24,000 bases of DNA, from assembly GCA_965365575.1 (NCBI GenBank), contig CBDUCE010000016.1, positions 452-24,451 of the forward strand, in the 5' to 3' direction. The notes under the pieces were generated by a model that was not told the DNA's origin, searched no databases, and was given only the letters and a program-made list of their open reading frames with translations. A program made the translations under genes and the position numbers. The stretch is from an uncultured Gammaproteobacteria bacterium (GTDB lineage: Bacteria > Pseudomonadota > Gammaproteobacteria > Steroidobacterales > Woeseiaceae). Numbering within the stretch: position 1 is the first letter of the stretch; every line of letters starts with the position of its first letter. Below, piece by piece: positions 6,882 to 14,131 of the stretch.

Positions 6882-7562
6882 TTATTCGGCTTCCTCGATA
6901 TCGAGCTCAAGGGCTTTTGCCCGCAGCTCCATCTGCTCACGATGCTGCGCCCGGAACTTCTCGACTTCGTCTTCCGAGTCCATTTGGCGCAGCTGCTCGC
7001 GGTACTCATTGCGCTCCTGCACGGTCATCAACTCGCCGCCGTAGACGGGCCCCTGGCCCGGAGGCACGAGGTCTTTGCCCTGCAATTGCGCGCGCTCCTG
7101 CATTTTTGCCTCATGCCTGGTCTGGTGCTGCTCGCGAGCCTCGACGGTCTCCATGTTCACGAGCTGATTGCGATATTGCCTCAGCTCCTCTTCGGACATC
7201 AGCGCACTACCGTAGATGTCTTCGTCTCTCAGGCTTGCCGGATCGGTCACGTGGAGGCGGTCACGATCCTGAACACGATCCCGGTCCTGGTCATGTCCGC
7301 TGGCCTGGTCTCGATCCCGGTCTCGATCCCGGTCCATGGAATCGGTGGTGGTGTAGTCCCGGGTACGATCCCGGTCCTGGTCCATGTCACGGTCGTAGGT
7401 CTGGTCGCGGTCCATATCGCGGTCGTAGTCACGATCCTGGTCCATTTGCTGGTCGCGATCGCCGCTGCCACCGCCGCCCTGCCCCTGTTGGGCATCAGCG
7501 GTCAGGAAGGTGATTGCCAGCATCGACGCCAGGATGATGCTGATGGAAAGTTTGTGTCTCAT
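6882..7562 (-). CDS. Periplasmic/secreted protein with an Asp-Arg dipeptide-repeat region and a duplicated helical YGxxLM[ST]xxExxxYRxQL module
   Basis: ATG 7562 with a GGAGG RBS. Signal peptide ...AITFLTADA/QQ. The sequence runs GGGGSG, then about 68 aa of DRD/DQD/DMD repeats, then two ~47-aa paralogous segments. No family name recalled with certainty. Confidence 0.85.
   Translation of the reverse strand: MRHKLSISIILASMLAITFLTADAQQGQGGGGSGDRDQQMDQDRDYDRDMDRDQTYDRDMDQDRDRTRDYTTTDSMDRDRDRDRDQASGHDQDRDRVQDRDRLHVTDPASLRDEDIYGSALMSEEELRQYRNQLVNMETVEAREQHQTRHEAKMQERAQLQGKDLVPPGQGPVYGGELMTVQERNEYREQLRQMDSEDEVEKFRAQHREQMELRAKALELDIEEAE
7257..7460 (-). repeat. Cryptic tandem repeat DNA encoding the (D-R/D-x-D) low-complexity region
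   Basis: GATCCCGGTC occurs four times and CTGGTCCAT recurs on the plus strand. The region translates to DRDQQMDQDRDYDRDMDRDQTYDRDMDQDRDRTRD...DRDRDRDRD...DQDRDRVQDRDR. The repeats also create long shadow ORFs in other frames. Confidence 0.9.
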
Positions 7563-7670
7563 TTGTCGATCCTCCGTTAATCACTCGTGCTCCCCGTCGC
7601 TCTCTCCAGGCTCTTTTGTGGCAGTATCGAATGGAGATCGCCGACCCACGATAGAAATGTGCCGCGAAGA

Positions 7671-7718
7671 TGTTTCCGGCGAATTTCCGAATTGCCTGAA
7701 TTTGTTACAGACTGTTTC
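7671..7718 (+). promoter_or_regulatory. Copy B of the 48-nt conserved block
   Basis: TGTTTCCggcGaATTTCCGAAttgccTGAAtTTGTTACAGacTGTTTC. 38/48 identical to 3901-3948 in the same orientation. It ends 5 nt before the ATG at 7724. It lies in the divergent region between the DR-repeat gene and the kinase gene. Confidence 0.55.
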
Positions 7719-7723
7719 GCGCG

Positions 7724-8785
7724 ATGACCAATGCACAGCCTGCAGACGCTTTTACCTTGCTAACGACAAGCCCTCCGGCCCTGTCCGAAGCGCATGCGGC
7801 GAAACTGCTCCGGGAGCATTACGGCCTGGAGGGAATACTCGAATCACAGGACAGCGAACGCGACCAGAACTACCTGCTGCGAACAACGCCGGCGGACAAG
7901 TACGTTCTGAAGATTGCGAATTCCGCCGAGATCGAACCAATCACGGACTTCCAGATAGCCGCTTTGCTGCACCTGGAGAATTCGCCGGTCGCCGGACTGG
8001 TGCCGCGCGTCATTCGAACCGTGGACGGACACACACGGATCCGGGTTTCGGCAGATAGTGGACATGCTCATAGCGCCCGCGTGCTGAGCTGGCTGCCCGG
8101 CGTTATGCGCCGGCCGGACGAACTCAACCCGATCGCTCTCTACCGCATGGGCGAGACACTCGCATCGCTCGGCAAGGCGCTCCGCGATTTCGAACACCCC
8201 GCGAGCGACTACCCCCTGCTCTGGGACATCAAGCAGGCGGAGCGCCTGCGTGACCTGCTTGACACGGTTACCGACACGGCGTTGCGCGATGTCCTCCGTG
8301 AGCACATCGACACATTCGCAGAGGTGGTCTCGCCACGGTTGCCAGCGCTGCGCTGGCAGGTCATTCACAACGACCTGAACCCTGGCAACGTACTCTTCGA
8401 CCCCCGTGACGATCGCAAGGTAGCGGGCATCATCGACTTCGGCGATATGATCGACTCGCCACTCGTCGTCGACGCGGCGGTAGCATCGGCCTATCTTTGC
8501 CGCAGGAACGATGGTTCGCTTGCCGACATGCTCGAGTTCCTGCGCGGTTATAACGCGGTTGCACCGCTCACGGCAGACGAGTTCGCGCTCCTGCCGTACC
8601 TCATCACGATCCGCAGCGTGACTACCCTGGTCATTTCGCACTGGCGCGCGTCGATGTATCCTGACAATCAGGCTTACATCCTGCGTAGCGCGGCTCGTGC
8701 GCTGCATATGCTTAAGACATTCGGGCGAAGGCCGCCAACCGCGGTCACGCGTGAGATGCAGGAACACTGTGGAAACCAAGACTGA
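7724..8785 (+). CDS. APH-fold small-molecule kinase (homoserine kinase type II / hydroxylysine-kinase-like phosphotransferase)
   Basis: N-terminal ...LSEAHAAKLLREHYGL...SERDQNYLL. Catalytic loop VIHNDLNPGNVLF. Metal-binding IIDFGDM. No SD upstream of ATG 7724. Confidence 0.85.
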   Translation: MTNAQPADAFTLLTTSPPALSEAHAAKLLREHYGLEGILESQDSERDQNYLLRTTPADKYVLKIANSAEIEPITDFQIAALLHLENSPVAGLVPRVIRTVDGHTRIRVSADSGHAHSARVLSWLPGVMRRPDELNPIALYRMGETLASLGKALRDFEHPASDYPLLWDIKQAERLRDLLDTVTDTALRDVLREHIDTFAEVVSPRLPALRWQVIHNDLNPGNVLFDPRDDRKVAGIIDFGDMIDSPLVVDAAVASAYLCRRNDGSLADMLEFLRGYNAVAPLTADEFALLPYLITIRSVTTLVISHWRASMYPDNQAYILRSAARALHMLKTFGRRPPTAVTREMQEHCGNQD

Positions 8786-8995
8786 CGATTTGCTCGGGCG
8801 TCGCGACAAGCTGCTCGGGCCGGCCTACCGGCTGAACTACGACGATCCGGTGCATCCCGTTCGCGGCGAAGGTGTGTGGCTGCACGATGCGACCGGGCGC
8901 AAGTACCTCGACATTTACAACACCCTGCCGCGCGGCGGCGCCCTGGCGCGATCGGGCGCGATCGACCCTGACCAAAACATCCTGAAACTGCGCGC

Positions 8996-8999
<4 letters not shown>
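8769..8999 (+). pseudogene. Remnant of a class-III (AGXT2L/phospholyase-type) aminotransferase gene with most of the body deleted
   Basis: GTG 8769 overlaps the kinase 3' end. The first ~50 aa (TDDLLGRRDKLLGPAYRLNYDDPVHPVRGEGVWLHDATGRKYLDIYN) match the conserved N-terminus of this family. Similarity stops where NVPHVGH would be expected. The ORF ends after 76 aa with ...DPDQNILKLRA, which resembles the family's C-terminal G..NxLKxxPPL motif. Confidence 0.6.
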
Positions 9000-10125
<1,126 letters not shown>

Positions 10126-10129
<4 letters not shown>

Positions 10130-10749
10130 TCGACGAAGGGTATACAAAGTACGAGTGCGAGTGGCGGCAGGCACGCGCCTTGCCCGCGGAAGCTGTCGAC
10201 GAGCTCAACGCGTGGCGCAACCGGCTCCACGAACAGGGCCTCATCGGCTATTACCCCGAGCACGGCGTCGGTTTCGGCAACGTCAGCGTCCGCGAGGGCG
10301 CCTCACACAGGTTCATCATCAGCGGCACGCAGACGGGACACATCGCGCACACCGACGAGAACCACTACGCACGGGTCACTGGGTGCGATATCGACGCGAA
10401 TCACGTCGTCTGCGAGGGGCCGGTACAGGCCTCGTCCGAAGCGCTGACGCACGCCGCGATCTACGCGCTCGACGCCGGCATTCGCGCCGTGGTTCACGTG
10501 CACGATGCGAACCTGTGGCAGCAGTTGATCGATCGTATTCCGACAACCTCCCGCAGCGTCCCCTACGGCACCCCGGAGATGGCGCACGAATTTCAGCGGC
10601 TGTATGCGGATACCGATTTCCCGCTTCAGGGCATTGCCGTCATGGGCGGTCACGACGAAGGCATCGTGTCGTTCGGGAACGATATCGGGCAGGCCGCGGA
10701 GCGCATCCTGCGTTACCGGCAAGGTGCTACAAATACACGGCCGGCGTGA
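10126..10749 (+). CDS. Class II aldolase/adducin-domain protein (MTRu-1-P / 5-deoxyribulose-1-P aldolase candidate, or MtnB-type dehydratase)
   Basis: GTG start overlaps the mtnA stop (GTGA). FGNVSVRE...FIISGTQTG. Acid/base motif ASSEALTHAAIY. Zn ligands VHVHD (HxH) and GGHDEG. Confidence 0.8.
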
Positions 10750-11593
10750 CGACGTTGCGGATGCCGGCCTCGCGCAGCCGTGCCGCCGCCCTGCCGACGC
10801 CGGCCTGCGACATCGGCTGCCACTCGCGTGCCGGCGGCCGCACGCCGTGGTGCTGGAAGGCATTGAGCCTGACCCGCACCTCGCTGCCGAGTGTCTTCAC
10901 GAAATCGATCAGTTCGTCCAGTTCGGCATCGCCGTCGGTCTTGCCGGGCACGAGCAGGAAGCGTAGTTCGTAGAGCTTGCCGGCTTCATGCAGCAGTCGG
11001 GCCGACTGCAGGCTCTTCAGGTTGTCCTTGCCGGTCAGTTCACGGTGCAGCGCGTTGTCGAAGCCTTTGATATCAAGCATCACGCCGTCCGTAACCGGCA
11101 GCAGCCGCTCCCATCCGGACGCGCCGAGGTTGCCGTTGCTGTCGATGAAACAATCGAGACCGTCGAGGGCCTCGTCCGCCTTGATCGCCCCGAACAGCGC
11201 GCTGACAAACCCGGGCTGCCGCGTCGGCTCACCGCCCGACACGGTGACGCCGGTCAGGAACGGCCGGTGCTCACGCGCGAGCGCCAGGATTTCCCCGACG
11301 CTGTATTCGCGCACCATGGGATTGGCGTCGATCGGGCAGGCTTCGAGGCAATCGTCGCACTGGTCGCAGGCAAGCGGGTCGAACGCGATCCTGCCGTCGA
11401 CGAGCGACAGTGCGTCCGCGTGGCAGGCGGGTATGCAGTCACCGCAATGATTGCACTCACCGATGGTGTGCGGGTTGTGGCAGGCGGAACAGTCGAAGTT
11501 ACAGCCCTGCAGGAAGATGACGAGCCGGTTGCCGGGCCCGTCCACGATCGAGTACGTGAGGACCTTACTGACCGTAGCCCGGATAGAGTTCAT
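10727..11593 (-). CDS. yjjW: YjjW-family glycyl-radical enzyme activase (radical SAM with two auxiliary ferredoxin-like clusters)
   Basis: I prefer the start at ATG 11593 (MNSIRATVSKVLTYSIVDGPGNR, like the E. coli YjjW N-terminus). CNFDCSAC is the radical-SAM CX3CX2C motif. CNHCGDCIPAC and CDQCDDCLEAC are CX2CX2CX3C motifs. SGGEP is the SAM-binding motif. Confidence 0.88.
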   Translation of the reverse strand: MNSIRATVSKVLTYSIVDGPGNRLVIFLQGCNFDCSACHNPHTIGECNHCGDCIPACHADALSLVDGRIAFDPLACDQCDDCLEACPIDANPMVREYSVGEILALAREHRPFLTGVTVSGGEPTRQPGFVSALFGAIKADEALDGLDCFIDSNGNLGASGWERLLPVTDGVMLDIKGFDNALHRELTGKDNLKSLQSARLLHEAGKLYELRFLLVPGKTDGDAELDELIDFVKTLGSEVRVRLNAFQHHGVRPPAREWQPMSQAGVGRAAARLREAGIRNVVTPAVYL

Positions 11594-13100
11594 TGCCCAC
11601 CACGCGCGGCTTGCGATCAAGTATCCCGGTGAGCTCGGCGGCTTCCGCTCCGAGCACGGTCGTGTTGGTGCGCGAACCCTGCTTTTCCCTGAACCTGCGG
11701 ATGTCCGAGAGCCGGACCATATAACCCGTGACGCGCACGAGATCGTTGCTCGCGACGTTCACCGTGAACTCGCGGAAGCCGCTCGCAAACGCGCCCTTGC
11801 ACAGCTGCACGAGCGCTTCGGGATTGTTGGTGACGCTCTCGTCCACAGTCAGGATCTCGCTGATCCCCGCTTCGTAATACTGGTGGTGCGGCGCCAGCGC
11901 CTGTACGTGGGTGACCGGGTCCGGCTCGGTGCCGTAAGGGATGCGCACGCCGGGCGTCGCGTCGCTGTCGTCGCTGAGCCCGGCCTGCGAATGCAGCAAC
12001 GCACGGCCGCGCCAGACCTTGTCGAGCGGCCGGTTCCGAACCGCTTCCGCAATCGCTGCCGAGATGCGGTGGCCGAGCTTATTCGCGGTCTCGTCGAATC
12101 CGTAGCGGCCATCGCGGCCTTCCTTGTCCTGCAGTACGTTGACCGCTTCGGCCATGGCGAAAACACCGAACATGGCGGTAAAACGGTCTGTGTCGATCCA
12201 ACCCTCTTTCACGAGGAAACTGTCGAAGAAGCCGGACTCGTCGAACAGGTAATCGATGCGGGCCTGGGTGAGCCGGAAGTTCAGTTCGAGGTAATGCGGC
12301 AGGGTCACGGCGAAGAAGTCGGCCTCGCTGCCGGCCCGGGAGGCCACCTCTTTCAGGTTGACCCGCGTCAGGGTGGACGCTCCGCCGGCCAGCGGCAAGA
12401 CGTTGTAACAGCTGACGATGCCGTAGCCGCGCTCGTCGAACGCGTCCGCGTGAACGAGATGATTGGCGATGTGCGGCTTGCAGCACTCGGCGATATTCCT
12501 GCCCGCCATCGCGAGAATTTCCTCGCCGCTCGTCTGCGGGTCGTACAGCAGGGTCAGGTTGGGTGCGATCTGTTTGAGTTCGGCGTCGACGCGCAGGATC
12601 GTCCGCGCGACGCGGTTGTCCGTCGGGCCGATGTTGGCGTGCATGAAGGCGTCGGGCAGCGTGCGATCGAGGTAACGCCAGAAGAGCCTGATCTTCTCGT
12701 ACAGATCGTGGTCGCCGACGTCCGCACAGAACGGCAGCAGCAGTTCGTCGAGTTGACCGATGTAGACGGGCATGCCCGTTACCGAGGGCACGTGGTGATA
12801 GGCGATCATCAGCGTGTTGATGGCTTCGTCGAGCGTCGCCGGCGCCGGCAGTTCCAGGTATTCGCTACCCCGCTGCAGGACGACGCTGTAGTCGGGCAGC
12901 ACGTAGCGCGGCTTGTACGGCGCGTGACCCTCGTACATGTCGCAGATAACACGCTCGTCGAGCGCCTGCCGCGTCTCGGCGTCGAGCGACGGGTACGGCA
13001 GCAGGTTTTCGGCCTCGAGCGACAGGTAGCGCGCCTTCTGGGCGGGGTTGAGCGTGGCATCGTTGGCGATGCTGCGCAATTTGCGGAGAGTGTCCTGCAT
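11565..13100 (-). CDS. yjjI: YjjI-family (DUF3029) short glycyl-radical enzyme of unknown function
   Basis: 511 aa, similar in size to E. coli YjjI. C-terminal glycyl-radical fingerprint NDLVRVTGYMVRLSD. Candidate thiyl Cys in GIVSCYNVLP. It sits immediately upstream of its activase and overlaps it by 29 nt. Confidence 0.85.
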   Translation of the reverse strand: MQDTLRKLRSIANDATLNPAQKARYLSLEAENLLPYPSLDAETRQALDERVICDMYEGHAPYKPRYVLPDYSVVLQRGSEYLELPAPATLDEAINTLMIAYHHVPSVTGMPVYIGQLDELLLPFCADVGDHDLYEKIRLFWRYLDRTLPDAFMHANIGPTDNRVARTILRVDAELKQIAPNLTLLYDPQTSGEEILAMAGRNIAECCKPHIANHLVHADAFDERGYGIVSCYNVLPLAGGASTLTRVNLKEVASRAGSEADFFAVTLPHYLELNFRLTQARIDYLFDESGFFDSFLVKEGWIDTDRFTAMFGVFAMAEAVNVLQDKEGRDGRYGFDETANKLGHRISAAIAEAVRNRPLDKVWRGRALLHSQAGLSDDSDATPGVRIPYGTEPDPVTHVQALAPHHQYYEAGISEILTVDESVTNNPEALVQLCKGAFASGFREFTVNVASNDLVRVTGYMVRLSDIRRFREKQGSRTNTTVLGAEAAELTGILDRKPRVVGNELYPGYGQ

Positions 13101-13213
13101 GGTGTCGCTCCGGTTGCTGGTGCCGACACCTCTGATTCTAGCTGAAATCCGCTACAGATCGGTTGGTCCGGCTCCGTTATCATCGGGTTCCCCTGCCTCC
13201 ACGGGAGAGCGCC

Positions 13214-14035
13214 ATGTGCCGCTGGATCGCCTACTCGGGCACGCCCATTTATCTCCACGAAGCCATTTTCGAGCCGGAACACTCGCTGATCGACCAGAGC
13301 CTGCGCGCGAAGTCCAGCGAAACGACGACCAACGGCGACGGCTTCGGCATCGGCTGGTACAACGACCGCGAGTTCCCGGGCGTCTTCAGGGACGTGCGGC
13401 CGGCGTGGAACGACAGCAACCTGCGCGCCCTGTCGCAGCAGATTAAGGCGTCACTGTTCGTGGCCCACATCCGGGCAGCCACGGTCGGTGCCATTCAGCG
13501 CAGCAACTGCCACCCGTTCAGTCATGGAAAGTGGCTGTTCGTGCACAACGGCGCTATCGAAAGTTTCGAGAAGATCCGGCGCGAGCTGCTGTTCGCCGTT
13601 GCGCCGGAGCTCTTCAACTCGATCGAAGGTACAACCGATTCGGAACTCATGTTCCACCTGGCCCTGACTTTCGGCATGGCGAGCGATGTCGCGAGTGGCC
13701 TGGCACGGATGGCGGGTTTCATCGAGATGATCGGCGAGAAGCACGGCATCGAAGAACCGCTGCAGATGACGCTCGGCATCAGCGACGGCGAAAACCTCTA
13801 CGCGGTACGTTATTCGAGCGCGCGTGACTCGCGCACGCTGTTCCATAGCGCGGAGCCGGAAGCGCTGGAGGAAATCACGCCGGAAGCCGACCGTGTCTCG
13901 TCGAAGACCTGCGCTATCGTGTCGGAACCGCTGACCAGCCTGGCGGATGCCTGGCAGGAGGTACCCGAGTCGTCATTTCTCACGATTGCCAACGGCAAAG
14001 TGCAGCGCGACGACTTCGAGCCGCGCCGACCCTGA
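13214..14035 (+). CDS. Class II (Ntn) glutamine amidotransferase-like protein (YafJ/EgtC-like)
   Basis: Start chosen at ATG 13214, giving Met-Cys2 (MCRWIAYSG), with GGGAGAG upstream. NGDGFGIGWY, AHIRAAT, SNCHPF, FVHNGAI. Confidence 0.85.
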   Translation: MCRWIAYSGTPIYLHEAIFEPEHSLIDQSLRAKSSETTTNGDGFGIGWYNDREFPGVFRDVRPAWNDSNLRALSQQIKASLFVAHIRAATVGAIQRSNCHPFSHGKWLFVHNGAIESFEKIRRELLFAVAPELFNSIEGTTDSELMFHLALTFGMASDVASGLARMAGFIEMIGEKHGIEEPLQMTLGISDGENLYAVRYSSARDSRTLFHSAEPEALEEITPEADRVSSKTCAIVSEPLTSLADAWQEVPESSFLTIANGKVQRDDFEPRRP

Positions 14036-14131
14036 GCGCGAGACATTTAGATACAAGCCGTTACGAAACTGTCACCCGGGGTTGATACCGCCCCGGTAGT
14101 CTGTGTTCGCATCGGAGAGGTGAATACAGCC

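Noticed and set aside
7257-7460. Possible CRISPR or minisatellite, given the recurring GATCCCGGTC units.
   Set aside because: The units are short, irregularly spaced and in frame within a signal-peptide ORF, where they encode the Asp-Arg tract. There is no repeat-spacer architecture and there are no cas genes.
7724-8785. Calling the APH-fold kinase mtnK (5-methylthioribose kinase) because it precedes mtnA.
   Set aside because: The catalytic-loop and N-terminal motifs (HNDLNPGNVLF, SERDQN) match homoserine/hydroxylysine-kinase-type enzymes rather than the MtnK signature I recall. The gene is also followed by an aminotransferase remnant typical of that other pairing. I kept it only as a hypothesis in the findings.
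11451-13145. 564-aa plus-strand ORF, the longest of several long ORFs antisense to confidently assigned genes. Others are 7844-8809(-), 9344-10174(-), 5086-5901(-), 6684-7580(+), 857-1477(+), 18010-19023(-), 18285-19172(+), 20207-21232(+) and 21549-22481(+).
   Set aside because: Each lies opposite a gene with clear family motifs (YjjI, kinase, MtnA, EnvZ and so on). Their translations are Arg/Ala/Pro-rich low-information sequence with no recognisable motifs. Such stop-poor shadow frames are expected in GC-rich DNA.
14063-14078. GTTACGAAACTGTCAC upstream of the TonB-dependent receptor as a third copy of the OmpR-like block.
   Set aside because: It shares only GTTAC/GAAAC-type half-sites. The 48-nt block (ATTTCCGAA, TTGTTACAG, 42-bp spaced TGTTTC boxes) is not present there. 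The resemblance is too weak to call.
14036-14131. Riboswitch (for example cobalamin) in front of the TonB-dependent receptor.
   Set aside because: The leader is only about 95 nt. It contains just a weak 6-bp hairpin (CCGGGG/CCCCGG at about 14080-14100). That is too short and lacks the conserved cores I know for TBDR-associated riboswitches.
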